This document shows, one piece after another, positions 31,013 to 40,635 of a stretch of 64,000 nt of DNA. Below the pieces are notes generated by a model. That model saw nothing but the letters and a program-made list of their open reading frames with translations. It had not been told where the DNA came from and ran no database searches. The position numbers were made by a program, and so were the translations under genes. The first letter of the stretch is position 1, and every line of letters starts with the position of its first letter. Source of the stretch: Vicinamibacteria bacterium (GTDB taxonomy: Bacteria; Acidobacteriota; Vicinamibacteria; Marinacidobacterales; Marinacidobacteraceae); assembly GCA_963555995.3 (NCBI GenBank), contig OY821641.1, forward strand, positions 3,488,001-3,552,000. The letters run 5' to 3'.

Positions 31013-31657
31013 GTGGCAAAACCCACGCGGCGTTCGACGGGCGATGCATCCCGCCTGAACCGCGCCTCCTGGATCACCGGCGAGGAGCGTCCCCAGCGCG
31101 CGTCCCGGTCGGCGCCCGGGGATTCCCAGGAGCCGCCGCCGCCGGACGACTACGAGGGCATGGACGCCCTCGTGCTGGCCGCCCTCGCGGAAGAGCCCGC
31201 CTGGAACCTCGCGACCTTCCGGTTCGCGCCCCGCCCCGAGGCGCCGATTGCCGTGACGCTCGACCGGAGCCCGTGGGGGACCCGGGTGGACCAGCGGACC
31301 ACCCTGGTGATGGACCGCGCCACGGCAACGGTGCTGCGGGAGGACGCTCCCGGCCCGGCCTCGCGGGCGCGCACCTGGGTCCGCTGGTTGCACACCGGCG
31401 AGGCCTTCGGGTTCATCGGACAGACGATCGCCGGAATCGCCTCCCTGGCGGGGTGTTTCCTGGTCTATACGGGCTGGTCGCTGAGCTGGCGGCGTTTCCT
31501 CGCCTGGCGGCGGCGCCGGCGGATGGCTCCCCGGCCCGGTCTGGTTCCGGAACCCCCACCCCGGCCGCGCCCCCCGCCGGTCGGAGGAGCGCCGCCGCTT
31601 CCGCGCCCGGCGCCGGTTCTCCGCGTCTCGGTCGAGAGCCCGTCCCCCGATCGCTGA
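31013..31657 (+). pseudogene. C-terminal fragment of a PepSY-associated TM-helix protein
   Basis: RTWVRWLHTGEAFGFIGQTIAGIASLAGCFLVYTGW is the family C-terminus; N-terminal TM helices absent. Confidence 0.65.
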
Positions 31658-31719
31658 TCCGGCCGCCTTCACCCGGCGTCCCGGCCGCTGACACTCCGGT
31701 GACAGTCGCCGGGGGTCCG

Positions 31720-33078
31720 ATGGCTACGCTCCCCCCCGTGCTCGAGGAACTCGGGGTCGTCGGCGTGTCCTGGCGGCAGGAAGGAAGCGAAGCCCTGGCG
31801 GGGTACGCCCTTCCGGACGCGGGCCGGGGCGAGCGGCTGAAGCGCTTCGCCGAACGGGCGGAACTCGACGAGCTGGCGTACCTCGATACCTGCAACCGGG
31901 TCGAACTCGTTTTCTCGCAGCGCGGCGCGGGCGCCCGCGATCTGCGGGGGCTGGCGTTCGAACTCCTGACCGGCCGCCCGCCCCGCCCCGGCGAGGCGCA
32001 GCGGAGCCTGAAGGCCTGGCGGGGCGAGGGCGCCTGCGAGCACCTGCTGGTGGTGGCCGCCGGGCTCGACTCGGCCGCCCTCGGCGAGCCGGAGATCGTG
32101 GGACAGGTCCGGGCCTGCCGCAACGACGCGAACGACCTCGGCCTGCTCGGGCCGCGCCTCCAGGTGCTCTTCGACGAGGCCCTGCGGATCGCCGCCCGGG
32201 TCCGGGACGAGACCGGGCTCGGCCGGGGCCGGGTATCGCTGGCCGAAATCGCGGTGAGGCGCGTTCTGGAGTCCCGCGCGGACAGGAACTCCCCGGTTGC
32301 CCTGCTCGGGGTCTCCGCCATGACCCGGAAGGTCGGAAGGTCGCTCGTCCGGAACGGGGTCCCGCTCATCGTGGTGAACCGGACGGAGGAGCGCGCCGCG
32401 GAGCTGGCGGCTGCGTTGGGCGGCCGGAGCCTCGCGCTGGACGATTTCCTGAGCCGGCCCCCGGAGCTGGGGGCCGTCGTCGCCTCGACCGGCGCCCGGA
32501 CGCCGCTGCTGACGGAGCCCGCGCTCACCCGGATCGCCGCGCTCGCCCCTCCCGGCGGGATGCCGCTGCTCGTGGACATGGCCGTTCCCGGGAACATTGA
32601 CGGACCGGCGTGCGAGCGGGTGGGCCTGCGCCGCGTCGGCATGGACGAGATCGTGGAGGCCGCACAGGCGAACCGGAAGGCCCGCGAATCGGAAGCGGCC
32701 AGCGCCCGCCAACTGGTGGACGAGGCGCTGCCGCGCGTCCGGGAGCGGTTCGCCGAGCGCGCCTACGCCCCGGTGTACGGCGCGCTCCAGGAGCACTACC
32801 GGGAGGTCGCGATCGAAGGACTCAACCGGCTGCTCGACAAGGAGCTGCCGGGGCTCGGAAGCTCGGAACGCCGGACCGTCTCGACGTGGGCGGAGGGCCT
32901 CGCGCGCCGCCTCGCCCACATCCCCACCGAGGGAGTCCGCGGCCTCCTCCACCACGGACCGGAGGGATCGCTCGACGCCTTCTTCGAGGGGCTCGCCCCG
33001 GCGCTGCGCCGGCAGCTCCGGCCGTCCGGGGCGGACCGGCGGCCCGACGCCGCCGCGCCGCCCGCGAAGCGCCCATGA
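31720..33078 (+). CDS. hemA: Glutamyl-tRNA reductase
   Basis: TCNRVE catalytic motif, GLDS..GEPEIVGQVR, NRT, DMAVP. Confidence 0.9.
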   Translation: MATLPPVLEELGVVGVSWRQEGSEALAGYALPDAGRGERLKRFAERAELDELAYLDTCNRVELVFSQRGAGARDLRGLAFELLTGRPPRPGEAQRSLKAWRGEGACEHLLVVAAGLDSAALGEPEIVGQVRACRNDANDLGLLGPRLQVLFDEALRIAARVRDETGLGRGRVSLAEIAVRRVLESRADRNSPVALLGVSAMTRKVGRSLVRNGVPLIVVNRTEERAAELAAALGGRSLALDDFLSRPPELGAVVASTGARTPLLTEPALTRIAALAPPGGMPLLVDMAVPGNIDGPACERVGLRRVGMDEIVEAAQANRKARESEAASARQLVDEALPRVRERFAERAYAPVYGALQEHYREVAIEGLNRLLDKELPGLGSSERRTVSTWAEGLARRLAHIPTEGVRGLLHHGPEGSLDAFFEGLAPALRRQLRPSGADRRPDAAAPPAKRP

Positions 33079-33998
33079 GGGTCCGGATTGGCGCCCGCAG
33101 GTCCCGGCTCGCGCGCACCCAGGCCGCGGGGGTCGCCGCGGCGCTCGCCGAGCGGGGATGCCGGTCGGAGATCGTTCCCATCGAGACGGCGGGGGACCGA
33201 TCGCCGCTGGCGTCCTTCGGGACCATCGGCGCGGAAGGCGTCTTCGTGCGGGACATCGAGGAATCGCTGCTGAGCGGGCGGATTGACGTGGCCGTGCACT
33301 CGTTCAAGGACCTGCCCTCCCGAACGCCCGCGCCCCTGGTCGTGGCCGCGGTGCCGCCGCGCCGCGACGCCGCCGACGTCCTGGTGCTGCGGCGCGCCGC
33401 CTTCCGGCCCGCGGAGCCGGAGCTCCCGGTCGTTCGGGACGCCACCCTCGGGACCGCCTCGGCCCGGCGGGCCGCGTGGATCCACGAACTGCGGCCGGAC
33501 CTGACCGTCGCGCACGTTCGCGGCAACGTTCCGACGCGCATCGGCCGCGTCGGCGAAGGGCTCGACGGGGTAGTGCTGGCGGCGGCGGGGGTGGACCGGC
33601 TCCGCGAGAGCCCGCTTCCGGACGCGGAGGACCCGGTTCCGGCGGACCTGGTGGTCCACCGCCTCGCGCCCGAGCGTTTCGTTCCCGCTCCCGCCCAGGG
33701 CGCGCTGGCGGTGCAGTGCCGCCGCGACGACCACCGGATCCGGGAACTGGCCGGCGCCCTTGACCACGCGCCCAGCCGCGAGCGGGTCGAGGTGGAGCGG
33801 TCGCTGCTGGCGCGCGTGGAGGGGGGTTGCGAGACGGCCTTCGGCGCCTGGTGCACCGGCGGTTCGTCCGGCGGGCTGCTGCTCATCGCCGCGCTCGAAC
33901 GCGGCGGCCGGGTGTTCCGGGCGCGGGCGCGGGCGGAGAGCGCCGAAGAAGTCGTCGCGTCGGCGTGGCAAGGGTTCCAGCGGCAGTGGGCAGCCTGA
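33075..33998 (+). CDS. hemC: Hydroxymethylbilane synthase
   Basis: RRSRLA, VHSFKDLP, RGNVPTR, PAPAQGAL, GGC cofactor Cys. Confidence 0.93.
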   Translation: MRVRIGARRSRLARTQAAGVAAALAERGCRSEIVPIETAGDRSPLASFGTIGAEGVFVRDIEESLLSGRIDVAVHSFKDLPSRTPAPLVVAAVPPRRDAADVLVLRRAAFRPAEPELPVVRDATLGTASARRAAWIHELRPDLTVAHVRGNVPTRIGRVGEGLDGVVLAAAGVDRLRESPLPDAEDPVPADLVVHRLAPERFVPAPAQGALAVQCRRDDHRIRELAGALDHAPSRERVEVERSLLARVEGGCETAFGAWCTGGSSGGLLLIAALERGGRVFRARARAESAEEVVASAWQGFQRQWAA

Positions 33999-34756
33999 GC
34001 GGCCGGAGCGTGCTGGTGACGAGAGCCCGGGAAGACTGTGCGCCCTGGGCGGCGCGCCTCCGGAGCGCGGGCGCCCGGGCCGTCGCCCTTGCCTGCATCG
34101 AGTGTCAGCCGATCACGGACCCGTCCGTCGGGGCGCGGCTCGCGGAGGTGCTGGCGGGCGCGGACTGGCTGGTCGTGACGTCGCGGCGCGGCGCCGAGGC
34201 GGCGGCGCGGCTGCTGGCGGCGGCCGGGTCCCCGCCGTCCGGCGGCGGCGTCGCGGTCCCGGTCCCGGTCGCCGCGGTGGGCCCGTCCACCGCCGCGGCC
34301 GCCCGCCGCTGGCTCGGCCGGGCGGACCTCGTGAGCGAGGGAAACGGCGCCGCTCCGCTCGCGCGGAAACTGGCCCGCCGCCTGGTCCGGGACCGGGAGC
34401 GGGGTCGGACCGCCCCGCCCCGCGTTCTGCTGGCGCTCGCGGAGAACGCCGGACCGGTCGTCGAGGAGGTGCTCGGCGCGGCCGGCGCCCGTTGTGTCCG
34501 CATCGCCGTGTACCGCACCATTCCGGTACCGGCCGGGGCGAACCGCCGGCCCGTTTCGCAACTGGGGGTCAACACCGTTCTTCTCGCCAGCCCGAGCGCG
34601 GTCACCGGCCTCCTGCACCAGGTGGAACTCGACACCCCGGTCGAGGTCTTCACGATCGGCCCCTCCACGTCCCGCCGGGCGCGGACGGCCGGGCTCACGG
34701 TGGCCGCGGAGGCGCACACCCCCAGCCTCGAAGGCCTGATGGAGGCGATGGCATGA
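33986..34756 (+). CDS. hemD: Uroporphyrinogen-III synthase
   Basis: VLVTR, TS, AVGPST, VYRT, ASPSAV, IGPST; position between hemC and hemB. Confidence 0.85.
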   Translation: MGSLSGRSVLVTRAREDCAPWAARLRSAGARAVALACIECQPITDPSVGARLAEVLAGADWLVVTSRRGAEAAARLLAAAGSPPSGGGVAVPVPVAAVGPSTAAAARRWLGRADLVSEGNGAAPLARKLARRLVRDRERGRTAPPRVLLALAENAGPVVEEVLGAAGARCVRIAVYRTIPVPAGANRRPVSQLGVNTVLLASPSAVTGLLHQVELDTPVEVFTIGPSTSRRARTAGLTVAAEAHTPSLEGLMEAMA

Positions 34757-35757
34757 GCACCCGAACCGTCACCCGGCCGGGGCGGATTCGCCCCCGCCGG
34801 CTCCGCCGCACCCGGGCGCTTCGGGACCTGGCGGCGGAGACCGGCGTCACTCCGGCGCACTGCGTCATGCCGCACTTCGTCTCGGGCGAGGTGCGGGGGG
34901 AGACGCCGATCCCGTCGCTGCCGGGCATCGCGCAACTGGGGGTCGAGGACCTGGTGCGGCAGGCGGCCGAGGAGATCGAACTCGGCATCCGCTCCGTCCT
35001 GCTCTTCGGCCAACCACGGAACGCGGCGGAGAAGGCGCCGGACGGCCGGGCGGCGTGGGACGCCGGGGGGCCGGTCCCGGTGGCCGTCCGGCGGCTGAAG
35101 GCGGAGTTCGGCGACGACCTGGTGGTGATGACCGACGTCTGCCTCTGCGCCTACACGGACCACGGCCACTGCGGGATCGTCGAGGGCGGCGTGGTGCGGA
35201 ACGACGCCTCGCTCGGCCCGCTGGTCCGGACGGCGCTCGCCCACGCCGACGCCGGCGCCGACGTGGTGGCGCCCTCCGACATGATGGACGGGCGCGTCGC
35301 CGCCATCCGCGACGGACTGGACGCCGGCGGCCACGACGGGGTGCTGCTCCTCTCCTACGCGGTCAAGTACGCCTCGGCCTACTACGGGCCGTTCCGGGAC
35401 GCCGCCGATTCCGCGCCGGCGACGGGGGACCGGCAGGGCTACCAGATGGACCCCCGCAACGTCCGCGAGGCGCTTCGGGAAGCGGCGCTCGACGAACGGG
35501 AGGGCGCCGACCTGCTGATGGTGAAACCCGCGCTCGCCTATCTCGACGTGATCCGCGCGGTCCGGGAGTCCACGCGGCTGCCGCTGTTCGCCTACAACGT
35601 CTCGGGCGAGTACGCCGCGGTCAAGGCGGCGGCGGCGAACGGCTGGCTCGACGAGGCCCGGATCGTCCGGGAGAACCTGACCGCCATGCGCCGCGCGGGG
35701 GCCGACCGGATCATCACCTACCACGCGCGGGAGGCGGCGCAGCGGGGATGGCTGTGA
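34753..35757 (+). CDS. hemB: Porphobilinogen synthase (Zn-type)
   Basis: DVCLCAYTDHGHCG, APSDMMDGRV, YYGPFRDA, MVKP. Confidence 0.96.
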   Translation: MSTRTVTRPGRIRPRRLRRTRALRDLAAETGVTPAHCVMPHFVSGEVRGETPIPSLPGIAQLGVEDLVRQAAEEIELGIRSVLLFGQPRNAAEKAPDGRAAWDAGGPVPVAVRRLKAEFGDDLVVMTDVCLCAYTDHGHCGIVEGGVVRNDASLGPLVRTALAHADAGADVVAPSDMMDGRVAAIRDGLDAGGHDGVLLLSYAVKYASAYYGPFRDAADSAPATGDRQGYQMDPRNVREALREAALDEREGADLLMVKPALAYLDVIRAVRESTRLPLFAYNVSGEYAAVKAAAANGWLDEARIVRENLTAMRRAGADRIITYHAREAAQRGWL

Positions 35758-37067
35758 CCGAGGCCGCCGCCCGGGAGTCGGCGCGCTGGCTGGCGCGCGC
35801 CCGCGAGGTGCTCCCCGGCGGCGTGAGTTCGCCGGTGCGGGCCTTCCGCGGCGTCGGCGGCGCGCCGCCCGTCGTGCGCTCGGCGCGGGGCGTGGAGATC
35901 ACCGACGAGGACGGGAACACCACCCTCGACTTCGTGGCTTCCTGGGGCCCGCTGATCCTCGGTCACGCGCACCCGGCGCTCGTCGAGGCGGTGCGGACGG
36001 CGGCGGGGCGCGGATCGTCCTTCGGCGCCACCTCCCGCCCGGAGATCGAGCTGGCGGAGACGATGGTCGGCTGTTACCCGGGGATCGAACAGGTGCGCTT
36101 CGTCTCCTCCGGGACCGAGGCGGTGATGAGCGCGGTCCGCCTCGCCCGCGGGGTGACCGGACGCGACCTCGTGGTGAAATTCTCCGGCTGCTACCACGGC
36201 CACGCGGACGGCCTGCTGGTGGCGGCGGGGTCCGGCCTCAAGACCCTCGGCCGTCCGGCTTCGGCGGGAGTGCCCGGGGCCTACGCCGAGCTCACCCGGG
36301 TGCTGCCGCTTGACGACGAGGAGGCCCTCGGCGACCTCTTCCGGCGCGAAGGGGACCGCATCGCGGCGGTCATCATCGAGCCCGTCCCCGCCAACAACGG
36401 CCTGCTGCTGCAGCGCCCGGAGTTCCTGAACGCCCTCTCGGGCACCTGCACCGGCAGCGGCGCCCTGCTGATTCTCGACGAGGTCATCACCGGGTTCCGG
36501 CTCGGGCCGGGAGGGGCGGCGGAACGCTACGGGCTCCGGCCGGACCTGGCCACCTTCGGCAAGGTCATCGGCGGCGGCCTGCCGGTGGGAGCGGTGGCGG
36601 GGCCGCGGGCGATCATGCGGGAGCTGGCCCCCGAAGGACCGGTCTATCAGGCGGGAACGCTCTCCGGGAACCCCCTGGCGATGACCGCCGGGCTGACGGC
36701 GCTGCGCTGGCTCGTGGAACACGACGGCTGGCGCGCGCTGGAAGCGCTGGGAGCGGAGCTGGAGGAGCGGGTCGGAGACGTGCTGCGGCGCACCGGGACG
36801 CCGGCGGCGCTCGCCCGCGCCGGGTCCATCTTCTGGATCGCCTGGGGCTCGACCGAGTTGCCGCGCGCGGCCGAACGCATCCCGGAGGACGCCGCCGCCC
36901 GCTACTCCCGGATCTTCCACGGGTTGCTGGGGCGCGGGATCGCCCTCGCGCCCTCGGCCTACGAGGTCGGATTCCTGTCGCTCGCGCACGAGCCGCGGCA
37001 CCTGCGGCGGTTCGCGGACGCCCTGGAAGCGGTGCTGGCGGAGCTTGCCAGGGAGGCCGGCCGGTGA
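35748..37067 (+). CDS. hemL: Glutamate-1-semialdehyde 2,1-aminomutase
   Basis: PGGVSSPVRAF, SWGPLILGH, SGTEA, GCYHGH, GKVIGGGLP, YQAGTLSGNP. Confidence 0.96.
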   Translation: MAVTEAAARESARWLARAREVLPGGVSSPVRAFRGVGGAPPVVRSARGVEITDEDGNTTLDFVASWGPLILGHAHPALVEAVRTAAGRGSSFGATSRPEIELAETMVGCYPGIEQVRFVSSGTEAVMSAVRLARGVTGRDLVVKFSGCYHGHADGLLVAAGSGLKTLGRPASAGVPGAYAELTRVLPLDDEEALGDLFRREGDRIAAVIIEPVPANNGLLLQRPEFLNALSGTCTGSGALLILDEVITGFRLGPGGAAERYGLRPDLATFGKVIGGGLPVGAVAGPRAIMRELAPEGPVYQAGTLSGNPLAMTAGLTALRWLVEHDGWRALEALGAELEERVGDVLRRTGTPAALARAGSIFWIAWGSTELPRAAERIPEDAAARYSRIFHGLLGRGIALAPSAYEVGFLSLAHEPRHLRRFADALEAVLAELAREAGR

Positions 37068-38158
37068 AGCTGCGGCGCGACCCCGGCCGGGCGCTTCTGG
37101 TCAGCTTCCGCCTCGTGCTGGTGCTGTCCGCCGCCCAGGTCGGCTGGTGGATCCTCGACCAGACCCGGCTGGCGCTGAACGAGCGCGACCGGCTGCTCGC
37201 GCTCTACGAGGCCGACGCGAGGGCCGTCTCCGCGGCGTTCGGGGACGATCCCGAGCGTCTCGGGGAACTCATGCCCCACCTGGAGATGGACGCGGAGCGC
37301 GGGGTCGCGACCGTCCGCGCCGCGGCGCGCGACCGCGTCATCGCGGCCGCCGCGTCCCGCATCAATCGCTACCGCTGGGAGGGCGGGTTCTTCCTGCTGG
37401 TGCTGGTGGGAGCGATGGTCGTCCTGACCCGCACCATCCGGCACGACCGCGAGCTTCGTCGCCGGCAGCAGAACTTCCTCGCCGCGGTCTCCCACGAGTT
37501 CAAGAGCCCGCTCGCCAGCCTGCGGCTCTCGGCGGAAGCGCTGATGACGGAGGACCGGAGCGGGGGCGTGCGGCGGCTGGGCGGCCGCATGCTGAAGGAC
37601 TGCGAGCGGCTGCTGCGCATGGTGGAGAACCTGCTCGACGCCACCCGGCTCGAAGAGGGGCGCCTCGCGCCGCCGCCGGAGAAGGGTCCCCTGCGCCTGC
37701 TCGATGCGGTGGGCGCGGCCGTCCTCACCCACCGGGAGGAAGCGCGCCGCGGGGGCGTCGCGATCCACGTTGCGGTGCCGCCGGACCTGCTGGTGGACGC
37801 CGACCGGATCAGCATGGAGGCGGTGCTGGGGAACCTGCTCGACAACGCGGTCAAGGCCTGCCGCTCCGGCGCGGGGGCGAACATCTGGGTCGAGGCCGAG
37901 CGGGCGGAAGCGCGGGTGCGGATGACCGTGCGGGACGACGGCCGCGGCTTCCCGCCCGAGGACGCCTCGATGATCTTCGAGAAGTTCTACCGGATCGGCG
38001 ACGAGCTGCAGCGCGCGACGCCGGGGGCGGGGCTCGGCCTCTACATCGCGCGCGGGCTGGCGGACCTGTCCGGCGCCACGATCAGCGCCTCGAGCCCGGG
38101 CCCCGGGAAGGGGGCGACCGTCGCGGTCCTCTGGCCCGCCGCCCTGAAGACGGCATGA
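37064..38158 (+). CDS. Sensor histidine kinase (2 TM)
   Basis: H-box VSHEFKSPL, NLLDNAVK, DDGRG, FEKFYR, GLGL. Confidence 0.93.
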   Translation: MKLRRDPGRALLVSFRLVLVLSAAQVGWWILDQTRLALNERDRLLALYEADARAVSAAFGDDPERLGELMPHLEMDAERGVATVRAAARDRVIAAAASRINRYRWEGGFFLLVLVGAMVVLTRTIRHDRELRRRQQNFLAAVSHEFKSPLASLRLSAEALMTEDRSGGVRRLGGRMLKDCERLLRMVENLLDATRLEEGRLAPPPEKGPLRLLDAVGAAVLTHREEARRGGVAIHVAVPPDLLVDADRISMEAVLGNLLDNAVKACRSGAGANIWVEAERAEARVRMTVRDDGRGFPPEDASMIFEKFYRIGDELQRATPGAGLGLYIARGLADLSGATISASSPGPGKGATVAVLWPAALKTA

Positions 38159-38877
38159 GCGCCGGCGCGGGCGGGGCCTCGATCCTCGTGGTGGACGACG
38201 AGATCCATCTCGCCGAGGGCCTGCGCGACGTGCTGGAGGGGGAGGGATACCGGGTGGCGGTGGCGCACGACGGCGCCGAGGGGCTCGAGAAGGCGCTCGC
38301 CGAGCCCTTCGACCTGATCCTGCTCGACATCATGATGCCGAAGCTGAACGGCATCGAGACCTGCGCCGCGCTGCGGCGCCGGGGGTCCCGCGTTCCGGTC
38401 CTGTTCCTCACCGTCAAGGGTTCGCCCGAGGACCGCATCCGGGGGCTCGAGGCCGGCGGCGACGACTATCTCCCGAAACCCTTCCGCCTCCGGGAACTCC
38501 TGCTGCGGGTCGCCGCCATCCTGCGGCGCACGCAGGAGCCCGCCGGGCGGGAGGCGGCCCTCCGCTTCGCCGGGAACGAGGTGGACTTCCTGAGCTACCA
38601 GGCCCGCGCCTGGGACGAACGGGAGCACGTCCTCACCCACAAGGAGGCGATGATCCTGAAGGTCTTCGCCGAGCGCGAGGGCGAGGTGGTGCCGCGCGAG
38701 GAGCTGCTGGACCGGGTCTGGGGTCACGAGGTCTACCCGTCCACCCGCACGATCGACAACTTCATCGTCCGCCTGCGACGACGGTTCGAGCGCAACCCGG
38801 AAGCCCCCGAGCACTTTCACACCGTGCGCGGGGTCGGCTACCGGTTCACGCGGGAGCCGGAGGCCGCGCATGGCTGA
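38155..38877 (+). CDS. OmpR/PhoB-family response regulator
   Basis: VVDDE, LDIMMP, DDYLPKPF, wHTH TVRGVGY. Confidence 0.94.
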   Translation: MSAGAGGASILVVDDEIHLAEGLRDVLEGEGYRVAVAHDGAEGLEKALAEPFDLILLDIMMPKLNGIETCAALRRRGSRVPVLFLTVKGSPEDRIRGLEAGGDDYLPKPFRLRELLLRVAAILRRTQEPAGREAALRFAGNEVDFLSYQARAWDEREHVLTHKEAMILKVFAEREGEVVPREELLDRVWGHEVYPSTRTIDNFIVRLRRRFERNPEAPEHFHTVRGVGYRFTREPEAAHG

Positions 38878-39892
38878 GTCGCCGCGGCTGCTGCGGAGGA
38901 TCCGCGGCGAAGCGGGGGACCGCCGGCCGCTCTGGATCATGCGCCAGGCGGGCCGCTACCTGCCCGAGTACCGGGAGCTGCGGCGCACCCGTTCCTTCCG
39001 GGAACTGTCGCGGGACCCCGAGCTCGCCGCCCGGGTGACGCTGCTCCCGATGGCGCGCTATCCGTTCGACGCCGCGATCGTGTTCGCCGACATCATGAGC
39101 CCGCTGCCGGCGCTCGGGGTGGAGTTCGACTTCGACCCCGGCCCGGTCATCGCCCGGCCGATCCACGACCGGGACGGGGTCGCCGCCCTGCGGACGCCCG
39201 ACCCCGAGGAACTCGCGCCCGAGGTGATGGAGGCCATCCGGCTGGTCCGCGCCGAACTGCCGCCCGCGGTTGCGGTCCTCGGCTTCTGCGGCGCCCCCTG
39301 GACCCTCGCCGCCTATCTGGTCCAGGGGCGCGGGGGGAAGGACTTCCCCGCCCTGCGGGCCTTCGCCGCCGCGCAGGAGGGCGCCCTGCACCGGTTGCTC
39401 GGCAAGCTGACGGACGCGATGGCGGCGTACCTGATCCGCCAGGCCGAGGCGGGCGCCGACGCCGTGCAGGTGTTCGACTCCTGGGCGGGGCTGCTCTCGC
39501 GGGCCCAGTGGGACCGGCTGGTCCGGCCCCATCTCGAGACCCTCCTCGAACGGGTCGGCGGCGCGGGGGTTCCCCGCATCCTGTTCGTGCAGAACGCGCC
39601 GCACCTCCTCGACGAGTACGCGCGCCTGCCGGCGGAGGTGATCTCCGTGGACTGGCGGGTGGACCTCGCGGAGGCGCAGGCGCGCTATCCGGACCGGGTC
39701 CTCCAGGGCAACCTCGATCCCGCCGTGTTGCTGGCGGGGCCCGAAACGACGCGGCGAGCCGCGGAACGGCTGCTCGGGAGGGTGGCGCCGTCGCGCCACA
39801 TCGTGAATCTGGGTCACGGCATCCTTCCCGGGACCCCACTCGAGAGCGTGGACGCGCTCGTGGAAGCGGTATGGGAGGAGAGTCCCCGATGA
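38870..39892 (+). CDS. hemE: Uroporphyrinogen decarboxylase
   Basis: MRQAGRYLPEY, FADI, QVFDSW, QGNLDP, NLGHGI. Confidence 0.96.
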   Translation: MAESPRLLRRIRGEAGDRRPLWIMRQAGRYLPEYRELRRTRSFRELSRDPELAARVTLLPMARYPFDAAIVFADIMSPLPALGVEFDFDPGPVIARPIHDRDGVAALRTPDPEELAPEVMEAIRLVRAELPPAVAVLGFCGAPWTLAAYLVQGRGGKDFPALRAFAAAQEGALHRLLGKLTDAMAAYLIRQAEAGADAVQVFDSWAGLLSRAQWDRLVRPHLETLLERVGGAGVPRILFVQNAPHLLDEYARLPAEVISVDWRVDLAEAQARYPDRVLQGNLDPAVLLAGPETTRRAAERLLGRVAPSRHIVNLGHGILPGTPLESVDALVEAVWEESPR

Positions 39893-40635
39893 GTCAGCGA
39901 CCAAACGGCCGGCCGGCGCCCCTGGATCTCGCCGAGAAGGGCCTCCGCGACGGAGCGCCGATCCGCCTGGACCGCCGTCTGTTCATGAAGTTCACCGCGT
40001 TCAGCGGCTGCGACGAGCCGGAGCCCGTCGCGGAGGCGCTCGCCGCGGCGGGACTGGAGGGCGCCCTCTACCTGGACGCGAACGATCCGCAGGGGATCGG
40101 CGTCCTGGCGATGGCCGAGGACCCGGAGTGGTTCGTGGCCGTGCTGCGCCCGCTCTTCAACACCATGCCGCCCTTCACCCGGATGCGCCGGAAGGAGGCG
40201 TTCGACATGCTGGGGCGGACCTACGCCATCGGCTACGAGAGCGACCTGGAGGAAACGCTGTTCCGGATGCCGCGCCGGAAGGTGCTCGACCCGGCAAACG
40301 TCTGGGCGCTCTGGTACCCGCTGCGCCGTTCCCCGGACTTCTACCGGCTGCCCGACGAACGCCGCCGCAAGATCCTCGGCGAACACGGCGCCATCGGCCG
40401 GCGCTACGGCGCGGCCGGGCTGGCAACCGACATCCGCCTGGCCTGCCACGGCCTCGACCGGAACGACAACGACTTCGTGGTCGGCCTGCTCGGCTCGACG
40501 CTGCATCCGCTGTCGGCGGTCGTCGAGGAGATGCGCGGCACCGAGCAGACCGCCCGGTTCATCACCCGGCTGGGGCCGTTCTTCGTCGGCCGGGCGGTCT
40601 GGCAGAGTCCGCCCCCGGGGGCGGGAGGCCCTTGA
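39889..40635 (+). CDS. hemQ: Coproheme decarboxylase (chlorite dismutase family)
   Basis: YPLRR motif, ILGEHGAIG proximal His, GLD..DFVVG, GPFFVG; inside hem operon. Confidence 0.82.
   Translation: MSQRPNGRPAPLDLAEKGLRDGAPIRLDRRLFMKFTAFSGCDEPEPVAEALAAAGLEGALYLDANDPQGIGVLAMAEDPEWFVAVLRPLFNTMPPFTRMRRKEAFDMLGRTYAIGYESDLEETLFRMPRRKVLDPANVWALWYPLRRSPDFYRLPDERRRKILGEHGAIGRRYGAAGLATDIRLACHGLDRNDNDFVVGLLGSTLHPLSAVVEEMRGTEQTARFITRLGPFFVGRAVWQSPPPGAGGP

Noticed and set aside
39889-40635. Chlorite dismutase for chlorite detoxification
   Set aside because: No signal peptide, a YPLRR motif and its position between hemE and hemH favour coproheme decarboxylase.
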